Positions 26,915 to 37,373 of a stretch of 38,078 nucleotides of DNA are shown piece by piece; position 1 is the stretch's first letter, and every line of letters begins with the position of its first letter. This stretch comes from a virus. Its lineage: Duplodnaviria; Heunggongvirae; Uroviricota; Caudoviricetes. The position numbers and the translations under genes are program-made. Location: the IMG/VR virus record IMGVR_UViG_2561511241_000002. The stretch is one strand, 5' to 3'. The notes beneath the pieces were generated by a model. The model was not told the DNA's origin. It saw only the letters and a program-made list of their open reading frames with translations, and did not search any database.

Positions 26915-27487
26915 ATGATCATGCTTATTGGCTATGTACGCGTGTCAACAAATGACCAGAACACCGATTTGCAACGTAGTGCGCTGAACTGCGCGGGATG
27001 TGAGCGGATTTTTGAGGATAAAATCAGTGGCACTAAGTCCGACAGACCGGGGCTGAAAAAACTGCTCAGGACACTATCGGCAGGAGACACGCTGGTTGTC
27101 TGGAAGCTGGACAGGTTGGGGCGCAGTATGCGGCATCTTGTTACGCTGATAGAAGAGTTGCGCCAGTGTGGCGTGAATTTCCGAAGCCTGACTGACAGTA
27201 TTGATACCAGCACCCCAATGGGCCGTTTCTTTTTTCATGTCATGGGGGCCCTGGCTGAAATGGAACGCGAACTGATAGTTGAACGTACCAGGGCGGGGCT
27301 GGCTGCAGCTCGTGCTAAAGGCAGAGTAGGTGGACGCCGTCCTAAGTTGACCACCGAACAGTGGGCACAGATTGGACGTTTACTCGAGGCCGGAGAATCA
27401 AGACAGCGTATTGCACTGATTTTTGATGTGGGTGTTTCCACAATTTATAGAAAATTTCCGGCAAATAAGAGCAATGAATCCCCCTGA
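26915..27487 (+). CDS. Hin/Gin/Pin-family serine DNA invertase
   Basis: MLIGYVRVSTNDQNTDLQR...VVWKLDRLGRSM...SPMGRFFFHVMGALAEMEREL, near-identical in pattern to e14 Pin; catalytic Ser in YVRVST. Confidence 0.9.
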   Translation: MIMLIGYVRVSTNDQNTDLQRSALNCAGCERIFEDKISGTKSDRPGLKKLLRTLSAGDTLVVWKLDRLGRSMRHLVTLIEELRQCGVNFRSLTDSIDTSTPMGRFFFHVMGALAEMERELIVERTRAGLAAARAKGRVGGRRPKLTTEQWAQIGRLLEAGESRQRIALIFDVGVSTIYRKFPANKSNESP

Positions 27488-27535
27488 ATCAGCATTATGT
27501 TGATTATCCCTGCAAGCAGACAAATACCGTCATTT

Positions 27536-27553
27536 TGTATGAATAACGGTACA
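27536..27553. promoter_or_regulatory. P2-type late promoter activator site (TGT-N12-ACA) upstream of FI
   Basis: TGTATGAATAACGGTACA. Confidence 0.5.
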
Positions 27554-27629
27554 ACTGCGCTTAGCTGTTTGTCAGGCACAATCACTTCAACATAGGGCGA
27601 AGCCTAATCCAATCAGGAGGTTCGCCACT

Positions 27630-28802
27630 ATGGCTCAGGATTACCACCACGGGGTGCGCGTTGTTGAAGTCAACGAAGGCACCCGATCCATTACCACGGT
27701 GAGCACCGCCATCGTGGGTATGGTCTGCACGGGCGATGATGCCGATGCAAAAATGTTTCCTCTTAATAAACCCGTGCTGATCACTGATGTGCTGACTGCC
27801 AGCGGTAAAGCGGGTGAGTCCGGCACGCTGGCCCGTTCGCTGGATGCCATCGCTGACCAGGCAAAACCCGTGACCGTTGTTGTGCGTGTGCCGCAGGGTG
27901 AAACGGAAGAAGAAACCACGACCAATATCATCGGCGCAGTGACTGCTGAAGGTAAAAAAACAGGCATGAAAGCCCTGTTATCTGCCCAGACACAGCTCGG
28001 CGTTAAACCGCGCATTCTCGGCGTGCCAGGTCACGATAACAAAGCCGTTGCTACTGAGTTGCTGAGTGTGGCGCAAAGCCTGCGTGGGTTTGCTTACCTG
28101 TCAGCGTATGGCTGCAAGACGGTGCAGGAGGCGATCACTTACCGTGAAAACTTCAGCCAGCGCGAAGGAATGCTGATCTGGCCCGACTTTACTGGCTGGG
28201 ACACGGTGCTGAATGCCGAAGCAACGGCATATGCCACCGCCCGTGCGCTTGGTCTGCGTGCCAAAATTGATGAGCAGACTGGGTGGCACAAAAGCCTGTC
28301 CAACGTGGGCGTGAACGGTGTCACCGGAATTTCTGCAGATGTGTTCTGGGATCTGCAGGACCCGGCAACCGATGCAGGTCTGCTGAACCAGAACGACGTC
28401 ACCACGCTTGTGCGTAAAGACGGTTTCCGCTTCTGGGGTTCCCGCTGCCTGAGTGATGACCCGCTCTTTGCCTTCGAAAACTACACCCGCACGGCGCAGG
28501 TGCTGACGGACACAATGGCAGAAGCGCACATGTGGGCAGTGGACAAACCGCTGAACCCGTCGCTGGCGCGCGACATTATCGAGGGCATCCGCGCCAAAAT
28601 GCGCAGCCTGGTCAGTCAGGGGTATCTCATTGGTGGTGATTGCTGGCTGGACGAGTCGGTGAACGACAAAGACACTCTGAAAGCCGGAAAACTCACCATC
28701 GACTACGACTACACGCCAGTGCCGCCACTTGAAAACCTGATGTTGCGTCAGCGCATCACCGATCAGTACCTGGTGAATTTCGCCAGCCAGGTCAGCGCGT
28801 AA
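27630..28802 (+). CDS. FI: tail sheath protein FI
   Basis: 390 aa, position and size as P2 FI. Confidence 0.9.
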   Translation: MAQDYHHGVRVVEVNEGTRSITTVSTAIVGMVCTGDDADAKMFPLNKPVLITDVLTASGKAGESGTLARSLDAIADQAKPVTVVVRVPQGETEEETTTNIIGAVTAEGKKTGMKALLSAQTQLGVKPRILGVPGHDNKAVATELLSVAQSLRGFAYLSAYGCKTVQEAITYRENFSQREGMLIWPDFTGWDTVLNAEATAYATARALGLRAKIDEQTGWHKSLSNVGVNGVTGISADVFWDLQDPATDAGLLNQNDVTTLVRKDGFRFWGSRCLSDDPLFAFENYTRTAQVLTDTMAEAHMWAVDKPLNPSLARDIIEGIRAKMRSLVSQGYLIGGDCWLDESVNDKDTLKAGKLTIDYDYTPVPPLENLMLRQRITDQYLVNFASQVSA

Positions 28803-28811
28803 GGGGACAAC

Positions 28812-29327
28812 ATGGCTTTACCACGCAAATTAAAACACCTGAACCTGTTTAACGACGGGAACAACTGGCAGGGGATCGTTGAGTCGCTGACGCTGCCGAA
28901 ATTCACCCGCAAATATGAGAAGTATCGCGGCGGCGGAATGCCGGGGGCAGTGGATGTGGATCTGGGGCTTGATGACAGTGCGCTGGACACAGAATTTTCC
29001 ATTGGTGGCACTGAACTGCTGCTGTTTAAGCAGATGGGCAAAGCCACGGTGGATGGCATCCAGTTGCGCTTTACCGGCTCTATCCAGCGTGACGATACCG
29101 GGGAAGTGCAGGCCGTGGAGCTTGTGGTGCGTGGACGTCACAAAGAAGTGGACTCCGGTGAGTGGAAGACGGGCGAAAGCAACACCACCAAAGTGACCAG
29201 TACCAACAGCTACGCGAAGCTGACCATCAATGGTGAGGTGCTCTATGAAGTGGACCTTATCAACATGGTGGAAATTGTGGACGGTGTGGACCTGATGGAA
29301 GCGCACCGCAACGCCCTCGGCCTCTGA
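28812..29327 (+). CDS. FII: tail tube protein FII
   Basis: 171 aa. Confidence 0.9.
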   Translation: MALPRKLKHLNLFNDGNNWQGIVESLTLPKFTRKYEKYRGGGMPGAVDVDLGLDDSALDTEFSIGGTELLLFKQMGKATVDGIQLRFTGSIQRDDTGEVQAVELVVRGRHKEVDSGEWKTGESNTTKVTSTNSYAKLTINGEVLYEVDLINMVEIVDGVDLMEAHRNALGL

Positions 29328-29381
29328 TGTATCTGAACGGCGCGGGATTCCGCGCCAGAACCCAATTTACAGGACAACAAA

Positions 29382-29684
29382 ATGAGTGATAAGCAGACTG
29401 AAAAGACCATTCAACTGGATACCCCTATCAAGCGCGGTAAAACAGAAATTACCGAAATTGTGCTGCGTAAACCGCAGTCCGGTGCGCTGCGCGGTACACG
29501 CCTGCAGGCCATTATGGATATGGATGTGAACGCGATGATGACCGTGATCCCCCGCATCTCCAGTCCGGCACTGACTGCACAGGAAATTGCAGAGATGGAC
29601 CCGGCAGATCTCACTGCCATGTCGGTTGAGGTTGTCACTTTTTTGTTGAAGAAGTCGGTGCTTGCCGGTTTACCGACAGCCTGA
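29382..29684 (+). CDS. E: tail assembly chaperone E
   Basis: 100 aa; contains TTTTTTG slippery site near 3' end. Confidence 0.8.
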   Translation: MSDKQTEKTIQLDTPIKRGKTEITEIVLRKPQSGALRGTRLQAIMDMDVNAMMTVIPRISSPALTAQEIAEMDPADLTAMSVEVVTFLLKKSVLAGLPTA

Positions 29685-29818
29685 CGGTTGACGATCTGGT
29701 GGCTGATATCGCCACCATCTTTCACTGGCCGCCATCCGTTACTGACGTTATGCCGCTGACCGAAGTGCTGGAATGGCGGTATAAAGCGATTCAGAGAAGC
29801 GGGGCCAACGATGAGTGA
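29382..29818 (+). CDS. E+E' fusion produced by programmed -1 frameshift at T TTT TTG (29639-29645)
   Basis: Canonical X XXY YYZ heptamer in the E frame; the -1 frame is open from 29645 to a TGA at 29816-29818, which overlaps the T start; same arrangement as P2 E/E'. Confidence 0.7.
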
Positions 29819-32800
29819 TAATAACCTGCGCCTGCAGGTCATTCTTAATGCGGTTGACAAACTCACCCGCCCATTCCGTGCTGCACAGGCCAGTTCGAAA
29901 GAGCTGGCTGGCGCAATTCAGAATACCCGAAACAGCCTCAAAGAACTGAATAAGCAGGCTGGCAGAATTGATGAATTTCGCAAGACGCGCTCGCAACTAG
30001 CCATAACAGCCAACAACCTGAACGCAGCCCGCGAAGAGGCGGCAAAACTCGCCACACAATTTGCTGCCACTAACAGGCCAACCGCCGCGCAGGCAAAGTT
30101 ATTCAGTCAGGCCAAAACACGAGTACAGGAACTTCAGCAGACCTATAACGGCTTGTTGGGGGCGGTCCAGAGACAACGTCAGGCACTTAAAGAATCAGGG
30201 ATTGATACCAGACAACTCAGTAGTGCCCAGCGAGAACTTAAGAAAAATGCTGAAGAAACAAGGCAGGCACTGGAGGGCCAGCAAAAAGCACTTAAACGTC
30301 TGGGTGAACAACAGGCACGGATGAACGCTGCCAGAGAACAATACTCAAGACGGCTTGAAGTGCGCGATCGCATCGCAGGAGCCGGAGCCACTACCACGGC
30401 TGCAGGGCTGGCAATGGGTGCGCCAGTGATGGCGGCAGTAAAAAGCTATACCAGCATGGAAGATGCCATGAAAGGTGTGGCAAAGCAGGTCAATGGTCTG
30501 CGTGACGATAATGGCAACCGCACTGCACGTTTTTATGAAATGCAGGATGCCATCAAGGCTGCCAGCGAACAGTTGCCGATGGAAAACGGTGCGGTGGACT
30601 TCGCTGCACTGGTTGAAGGTGGTGCGCGCATGAACGTCGCAAACCCTGACGACAGCTGGGAAGACCAGAAACGTGACCTGCTGGCCTTCGCCAGTACGGC
30701 AGCAAAGGCGGCAACAGCCTTTGAGCTGCCAGCGGATGAACTGTCAGAAAGTCTGGGGAAAATCGCCCAGCTCTACAAAATACCTACCCGCAATATTGAA
30801 CAGCTCGGCGATGCGCTGAACTATCTGGATGATAACGCCATGTCGAAAGGGGCGGACATCATCGATGTGATGCAACGTCTGGGCGGTGTGGCTGACCGTC
30901 TGGATTATCGTAAAGCGGCGGCACTGGGTTCCACCTTCCTGACTCTGGGTGCTGCGCCGGAGGTTGCAGCCAGTGCAGCAAACGCGATGGTGCGTGAATT
31001 GTCCATTGCCACCATGCAAAGCAAGAGTTTCTTTGAAGGGATGAATCTGCTGAAACTCAATCCTGAAGTGATTGAAAAGCAGATGACGAAGGATGCGATG
31101 GGAACTATCCAGCGCGTACTGGAGAAGGTGAACGCACTGCCGCAGGATAAACGTCTGTCTGCCATGACCATGTTGTTTGGTAAAGAGTTTGGCGATGACG
31201 CGGCGAAACTGGCAAACAACCTGCCGGAACTGCAGCGCCAGCTAAAACTGACAGCGGGCAATGATGCGCTCGGCTCCATGCAGAAAGAATCCGACATTAA
31301 CAAGGACTCACTTTCTGCGCAGTGGTTGCTGGTCAAAACCGGAGCGCAGAACACCTTCAGCAGCCTGGGCGAAACGCTGCGCCAGCCGCTGATGGATATT
31401 CTGTACACGGTGAAAAGCATCACGGGGGCGTTGCGCCGCTGGGTGGAAGCTAACCCGGAACTGACAGGCACACTGATGAAAGTAGCCGCTGTGGTGGCTG
31501 CGGTTACCGTAGGCCTCGGAACCTTAGCGGTGGCGCTGGCTGCAGTGCTGGGGCCGCTGGCAGTGATCCGTCTGGGATTCTCTGTGCTGGGTATCAAAAC
31601 GTTACCTTCCGTTACGGCAGCAGTAACCCGAACCCGCAGCGCGTTGTCCTGGCTGGCTGGCGCTCCACTGGCACTGCTGCGACGCGGGTTTGCTTCATCG
31701 GGCAACGCAGCAGGTTTACTTACTGCGCCGTTGTCGTCTTTGCGCCGCACGGCATCACTGACGGGAAATGCCCTGAAAACTGTAGCAGGTGCGCCGGTTG
31801 CACTTTTGCGGTCTGGATTATCCGGTTTACGTGCTGTTGCTGTGATGTTTATGAATCCTCTGTCGGTACTGCGCGGTGGACTGGTCGCCGCAGGCACGGT
31901 GCTGCGAGTACTGGCATCTGGTCCACTGGCGATGCTGCGCGTTGCCCTGTATGCCGTATCTGGTCTGTTAGGTGCTCTGCTCAGTCCGATAGGTCTTGTG
32001 GTTACTGCACTGGCGGGCGTGGCGCTGGTTGTCTGGAAATACTGGCAACCCATCACCGCATTTCTTGGTGGCGTGGTGGAAGGATTCAAAGCGGCGGCAG
32101 GTCCCGTCAGTGCAGCGTTCGAACCGCTTAAGCCCGTGTTCCAGTGGATTGGCGACAAAGTACAGGCGCTGTGGGGCTGGTTTACTGATCTGCTGACGCC
32201 CGTTAAGTCGACCTCTGCCGAACTGCAGAGTGCAGCGGCAATGGGGCGGCGATTCGGAGAGGCACTGGCGGAAGGGTTGAATATGGTCATGCATCCGCTG
32301 GACTCCCTGAAATCCGGCGTTTCCTGGTTGCTGGAGAAACTTGGCATTGTCAGTAAAGAGGCCGCAAAGGCAAAACTGCCGGAAAGCGTGACGCGTCAGC
32401 AACCTGCGACGGTGAATGCAGACGGTAAAGTGATGATGCCATCGGGTGGTTTTCCGTCATGGGGGTATGGCTTTGCGGGGATGTATGACAGCGGCGGGTA
32501 TATCCCGCGCGGGCAGTTTGGCATCGTCGGTGAAAACGGGCCGGAAATTGTTAACGGCCCGGCAAATGTGACCAGCCGGAGAAATACAGCTGCACTGGCT
32601 GCCGTTGTTGCCGGAATGATGGGCGTTGCTGCCGCGCCAGCAGAGCTTCCACCGTTGCACCCTTTGGCACTCCCCGCGAAAGGTGGAGAAGCAATTGTGA
32701 GTCGCGCAGCCACTGTGCCGCTCGTTCAACGGATTGAGGTACCGACGCAGATCATCATTCAGACGCAGCCAGGACAAAGTGCGCAGGATATTGCTCGGGA

Positions 32801-32888
32801 GGTGGCACGCCAGCTTGATGAACGTGAACGCAGGCTGAAGGCAAAAGCCAGGAGTAACTACAGCGATCAGGGGGGATACGACGCATGA
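29811..32888 (+). CDS. T: tail tape measure protein T
   Basis: 1025 aa, Ala/Leu-rich, long helical N-terminal half. Confidence 0.85.
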   Translation: MSDNNLRLQVILNAVDKLTRPFRAAQASSKELAGAIQNTRNSLKELNKQAGRIDEFRKTRSQLAITANNLNAAREEAAKLATQFAATNRPTAAQAKLFSQAKTRVQELQQTYNGLLGAVQRQRQALKESGIDTRQLSSAQRELKKNAEETRQALEGQQKALKRLGEQQARMNAAREQYSRRLEVRDRIAGAGATTTAAGLAMGAPVMAAVKSYTSMEDAMKGVAKQVNGLRDDNGNRTARFYEMQDAIKAASEQLPMENGAVDFAALVEGGARMNVANPDDSWEDQKRDLLAFASTAAKAATAFELPADELSESLGKIAQLYKIPTRNIEQLGDALNYLDDNAMSKGADIIDVMQRLGGVADRLDYRKAAALGSTFLTLGAAPEVAASAANAMVRELSIATMQSKSFFEGMNLLKLNPEVIEKQMTKDAMGTIQRVLEKVNALPQDKRLSAMTMLFGKEFGDDAAKLANNLPELQRQLKLTAGNDALGSMQKESDINKDSLSAQWLLVKTGAQNTFSSLGETLRQPLMDILYTVKSITGALRRWVEANPELTGTLMKVAAVVAAVTVGLGTLAVALAAVLGPLAVIRLGFSVLGIKTLPSVTAAVTRTRSALSWLAGAPLALLRRGFASSGNAAGLLTAPLSSLRRTASLTGNALKTVAGAPVALLRSGLSGLRAVAVMFMNPLSVLRGGLVAAGTVLRVLASGPLAMLRVALYAVSGLLGALLSPIGLVVTALAGVALVVWKYWQPITAFLGGVVEGFKAAAGPVSAAFEPLKPVFQWIGDKVQALWGWFTDLLTPVKSTSAELQSAAAMGRRFGEALAEGLNMVMHPLDSLKSGVSWLLEKLGIVSKEAAKAKLPESVTRQQPATVNADGKVMMPSGGFPSWGYGFAGMYDSGGYIPRGQFGIVGENGPEIVNGPANVTSRRNTAALAAVVAGMMGVAAAPAELPPLHPLALPAKGGEAIVSRAATVPLVQRIEVPTQIIIQTQPGQSAQDIAREVARQLDERERRLKAKARSNYSDQGGYDA

Positions 32889-33370
32889 TGATGGTGCTGG
32901 GATTGTACGTGTTTATGCTGCGCACCGTGCCGTATCAGGAACTGCAGTATCAACGCAGCTGGCGACATGCGGCAAACAGTCGGGTAAACCGACGTCCGTC
33001 CACGCAGTTTCTGGGACCGGAAAACGACATGCTGACGCTTTCCGGTGTTCTTATGCCGGAGATAACAGGCGGCAGGCTGTCGTTGCTGGCACTGGAGCAG
33101 ATGGCAGAACAGGGGAAAGCATGGCCCCTGATTGAAGGCAGCGGCACGATTTACGGTATGTATGTGATTGAGGGACTGAATCAGACTAAAACGGAGTTTT
33201 TCCGCGACGGTATGCCGCGCCGGATTGAGTTCACCCTGTCGCTCAAACGAGTGGATGAATCCCTGTCCGATATGTTCGGTGATCTCAGTGCGCAACTGAA
33301 TAATCTGCAGGACACGGCAACGTCTGCCTTAAGCGATATCAGTAAAACGGTGGGAGGGCTGCTGTCGTGA
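32885..33370 (+). CDS. U: tail protein U
   Basis: 161 aa; ATGA overlap with T. Confidence 0.8.
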   Translation: MMMVLGLYVFMLRTVPYQELQYQRSWRHAANSRVNRRPSTQFLGPENDMLTLSGVLMPEITGGRLSLLALEQMAEQGKAWPLIEGSGTIYGMYVIEGLNQTKTEFFRDGMPRRIEFTLSLKRVDESLSDMFGDLSAQLNNLQDTATSALSDISKTVGGLLS

Positions 33371-34467
33371 ATTTCAGCTCTGAACTGCTTAACAAAGGCA
33401 ACAAAACTCCCGCATTCAGCATCAGTATTGAGGGCAGGGATATCACCACTGTGCTGGATAACCGCCTGATGAGTTTGACGCTGACGGATAACCGGGGCTT
33501 TGAAGCGGACCAGCTTGATCTGGAGCTGGATGACGCTGACGGAAAAATCGTGCTGCCGCGCCGTGGTGCGGTCATTACGCTGGCGCTGGGCTGGAAGGGG
33601 CAGCCGCTTTTCCCGAAAGGGGCATTCACAGTGGACGAGATTGAACACACTGGCGCACCGGACCGCCTGACTATCCGGGCGCGAAGTGCTGATTTTCGGG
33701 AAACGCTGAATACCCGCCGTGAAAAATCGTGGCATAAGACCACCGTCGGGGAAGTGGTGCAGGAAATTGCCGCGCGGCACAAGCTGAAGATGGCACTGGG
33801 TAAAGACCTGTCGGATAAGCCCGTGGAGCATATAGACCAGACTAATGAGAGTGACGGCAGTTTTCTGATGCGGCTGGCGAGACAGTACGGTGCCATCGCG
33901 TCGGTGAAAAATGGCAATCTGTTATTCATCCGGCAGGGGCAGGGCAAAAGCGCCACTGGTAAACCTCTGCCAGTGATCACTATCACACGCAAGGACGGCG
34001 ACAGTCACCGATTTACCCTGGCAGATCGCGGAGCCTACACGGGCGTAATTGCCAGCTGGTTGCATACCCGCGAACCTGCGAAGAAAGAAAGCACCACGGT
34101 GAAGCGTAAGCGCAGAACTAAGAAGCAGAAGAAAGAGCCAGAAGCGAAGCAGGGCGATTACCTGGTGGGTACGGATGAAAACGTGCTGGTACTTAATCGC
34201 ACCTATGCCAACCGGAGCAACGCCGAACGAGCGGCGAAAATGCAGTGGGAACGCCTGCAACGCGGCGTTGCGTCATTTTCTCTACAACTGGCAGAAGGGC
34301 GGGCAGATCTCTACACGGAAATGTCTGTGAAGGTCAGTGGTTTTAAACAGCCGATAGATGATGCGGAATGGACCATTACCACCCTGACACATACCGTCAG
34401 CCCGGATAACGGTTTTACGACCAGTCTGGAGCTTGAAGTGAGGATTGATGATTTCGAAATGGAATGA
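33367..34467 (+). CDS. D: tail protein D (late control gene D family)
   Basis: 366 aa. Confidence 0.85.
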   Translation: MNFSSELLNKGNKTPAFSISIEGRDITTVLDNRLMSLTLTDNRGFEADQLDLELDDADGKIVLPRRGAVITLALGWKGQPLFPKGAFTVDEIEHTGAPDRLTIRARSADFRETLNTRREKSWHKTTVGEVVQEIAARHKLKMALGKDLSDKPVEHIDQTNESDGSFLMRLARQYGAIASVKNGNLLFIRQGQGKSATGKPLPVITITRKDGDSHRFTLADRGAYTGVIASWLHTREPAKKESTTVKRKRRTKKQKKEPEAKQGDYLVGTDENVLVLNRTYANRSNAERAAKMQWERLQRGVASFSLQLAEGRADLYTEMSVKVSGFKQPIDDAEWTITTLTHTVSPDNGFTTSLELEVRIDDFEME

Positions 34468-34557
34468 TTCTTCGCAATGGAGAACTTTTAAGTTTGCAAA
34501 ATGGAATAATACGGTATCATTGTTGTGAATTTAGCAAAAATGGGGAGAACTCGAAAA

Positions 34558-34776
34558 ATGATGATTTGCCCACTGTGTGGAAGTGCCGCCCATACTCGCA
34601 GCAGTTTTCAGGTATCTTCATTGACCAAAGAGCGTTATAACCAGTGCCAGAACATTAACTGCAGCCATACTTTTGTTACCCATGAAACTTTTGTTCGTTC
34701 GATTGCAACACCAAAAGAGTCGAATCCAGTTCAGCCGCATCCAATGAAATCAGGACAGGTGGCGCTCTCTCTTTGA
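34558..34776 (+). CDS. ogr: Ogr/B-family zinc-finger late transcription activator (72 aa)
   Basis: CPLCGSAAHTRSS...YNQCQNINCSHTF matches the P2 Ogr C-x2-C...C-x4-C pattern; ATG 34558 after GGAGA. Confidence 0.8.
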   Translation: MMICPLCGSAAHTRSSFQVSSLTKERYNQCQNINCSHTFVTHETFVRSIATPKESNPVQPHPMKSGQVALSL

Positions 34777-34860
34777 CGCTGCCGCCATTTTGTCGCCATC
34801 GTTAAAAAACAGTGCTTCTAACATCATGATTTTAAACATCTTAAATTTCAGGCAACAAAA

Positions 34861-34905
34861 AACCCATCAACCTTGAACCGAAATGGCGGGGTTGATGGGC
34901 TCCAC
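34861..34905 (-). terminator. intrinsic terminator (minus strand) downstream of ybjL, close to the prophage-host junction
   Basis: On the minus strand CCCATCAACC...GGTTGATGGG followed by TTTTTT. Confidence 0.45.
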
Positions 34906-35011
34906 AAAATGGGGACATCAAAGAAAAGCAGTGGCACTAATTAAGACTGATGCCCTGCGGAAAAGTTCTGCGGTTGTGCAAAAAAATTTCATTTTCAGGG
35001 CAACTTCAGTT

Positions 35012-36697
35012 TTATCCTAATCCTGGCCATACCATGACGATGATTGTCCCTGCCAGCGTCAGCAGGACGTTGGCGATTGCATAGGTGCCCGCATAGCCCA
35101 GCGCCGGGATGTTACTGCGAGCTGTATCACTGATGATCTCCATTGCCGGCGCGCAGGTACGTGCGCCCATCATTGCGCCGAACAACAGCGCGCGGTTCAT
35201 TCGCAATACATAAGCACCGAACAAGAAACAGATAACCACGGGCACCAGACTGACAATCAATCCGGCAATCAACATCTGACCGCCAATCGCGCCCAGGCCG
35301 TTATTAATACCGCTACCGGCGCTCAGACCAACGCCTGCCATAAACACCATCAAGCCGAACTCTTTCACCATGCTTAATGCACCCTGCGGAATGTAACCGA
35401 AGGTCGGGTGGTTAGCACGCATAAAGCCCAGCATAATTCCGGCGAATAACAACCCGGCAGCGTTCCCCATGCCGAAACTGAATGTGCTGAACTGGAAGGT
35501 GATCATCCCGATCATCAGCCCAATAACAAAGAAGGCGCAAAATGCCAGCAGGTCAGTGACCTGGCTGTGAATCGAGATAAAGCCGATGCGATCGGCGATG
35601 GTTTTTACGCGACGGGCATCACCGCTGACTTGTAAAACGTCACCTTTGTTAAGCACGACGTTGTCATCTATCGGCATCTCAATCTGGCTACGAATGACGC
35701 GGTTAAGGAAGCAACCGTGATCGGTCAACTTCAGTTGTGCGAGACGTTTACCTACAGCGTTATGGTTTTTAACGACCACTTCTTCAGTGACGATACGCAT
35801 GTCGAGAAGGTCACGATCGAAAACTTCTTTACCGTTACGGAAGCTGGGATCGAGTCGGGCATGGGCGTCGGGATAGCCTACCAACGCTATTTCATCGCCC
35901 ATTTGTAGCACGGCATCACCGTCTGGATTTGCCAGAATCCCGTTACGTCGAATACGTTCAATGTAGCAGCCGGTTTGTCGATAAATACCCAGTTCACGCA
36001 GATTTTTGCCGTCGGTCCAGGCCACCAGCTCCGGGCCGACGCGATAGGCGCGGATCACCGGTAAATAAACCTTACGGTTGGCATCAGTGTCCAGGCCACG
36101 TTCGCGGGCGATTTGCTGGGCGCTGGTCTGTAAGTCCTGATGCTGCAATTTCGGCAAGTAACGCGCACCAACAATCAAACTCACCAGACCGATTAAATAG
36201 GTTAAGGCATACCCGAGGCTCAGATTATCCAGTGCCAGTGAGAGCTGCCTGCTTTCCATGCCGGAATGACGCAGTGTATCGCCAGCACCGACCAGAACCG
36301 GTGTCGACGTCATAGAGCCTGCTAACATACCGGCCGTCAGGCCAATATCCCAGCCAAACAGCTTACCTAACCCTAAGGCGATCACCAGCGCACTGCCAAC
36401 CATCACCAGTGCTAACATTAGGTAATTTTTCCCATCGCGAAAAAAAATGGAAAAAAAGTTCGGTCCGGCTTCAACCCCAACACAGAAAATAAACAGCATA
36501 AAGCCAAGATTAAGCGCATCGGTGTTAATGCTGAAATGTTGTTGGCCTAATAACAGCGATACGACTAAAACGCCAATGGAATTACCCAGTTGGATCGAAC
36601 CAAGTCGTAACTTTCCGAGACATAGCCCAAGCGCGAGGACCACAAATAATAACAGAATGTAATTCCCATTTAACAATTCGGCGACGTTTATATTCAC
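35012..36697 (-). CDS. ybjL: putative transporter YbjL (two-repeat membrane protein with central soluble domains)
   Basis: 561 aa; N-terminus [28 protein letters not shown]; gene order ybjL-ybjM-grxA-ybjC-nfsA as in E. coli. Confidence 0.8.
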
Positions 36698-36966
36698 GGA
36701 GGCTAACTTCTTGTTTACTAGTAAGCTGTTGAAAGAAATGGTAATTTACGATAATGTTTTTTACCAGAATTCAGGGCGCAGATTCATTCAGCGCACCTAA
36801 ACGATAGTAAAGTAACAATATATTTTACTAGTGTAATCACATTAGGTATCAACGGCTATATGAATTGCGTTGGCCTATATTAGCATGGAATGCGAAGCGG
36901 CTTTATCTTACTGAACGCCACACTGGCGAAAAATGTGTTCGATAGACGCAGTGTCAGGAGGAACGA

Positions 36967-37344
36967 GTGAAACATAAACAACGTTGGGCGGGGGCAATCT
37001 GCTGTTTTGTCCTCTTCATTGTGGTGTGCCTTTTTCTGGCGACGCACATGAAAGGCGCTTTTCGGGCTGCCGGGCATCCTGAAATCGGCTTGCTATTTTT
37101 CATTCTTCCTGGAGCAGTCGCCAGCTTCTTTTCACAGCGTAGAGAAGTCCTGAAACCTCTGTTTGGCGCAATGCTGGCGGCACCCTGTTCGATGCTCATT
37201 ATGCGGCTGTTTTTTTCACCGACGCGCTCATTCTGGCAAGAGCTGGCATGGTTATTAAGTGCGGTGTTCTGGTGTGCGCTGGGGGCACTGTGTTTCTTAT
37301 TTATCAGTAGTTTGTTTAAACCACAGCACAGAAAAAATCAGTAA
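36967..37344 (+). CDS. ybjM: inner membrane protein YbjM
   Basis: 125 aa, multi-TM. Confidence 0.75.
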   Translation: MKHKQRWAGAICCFVLFIVVCLFLATHMKGAFRAAGHPEIGLLFFILPGAVASFFSQRREVLKPLFGAMLAAPCSMLIMRLFFSPTRSFWQELAWLLSAVFWCALGALCFLFISSLFKPQHRKNQ

Positions 37345-37373
37345 AGCCCTCAACGCGAGGGCTTGTCAGACGA

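Larger units (their letters stand above)
1..34860. mobile_element. P2/186-family prophage; int-proximal end lies at or beyond position 1, ogr-proximal end lies between 34777 and about 34860
   Basis: Complete syntenic set of P2-type structural and lysis genes plus int, repressor and replication gene A; followed by host genes ybjL-ybjM-grxA-ybjC. Exact att core not identifiable because the other junction is outside the window. Confidence 0.85.

Noticed and set aside
30905-32347. 480-aa minus-strand ORF antisense to tape measure gene T
   Set aside because: Low-complexity Ala/Ser/Pro-rich translation mirroring the Ala-rich T gene; shadow ORF.
33181-33992. Two overlapping minus-strand ORFs of 216 and 217 aa antisense to U and D
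   Set aside because: Antisense to syntenic tail genes, no start context; shadow ORFs.
34861-34905. Hairpin near the prophage end considered as a tRNA fragment or att core
   Set aside because: No tRNA-like cloverleaf features; structure plus T-run on the minus strand fits a ybjL intrinsic terminator; att core cannot be proven without the other junction.
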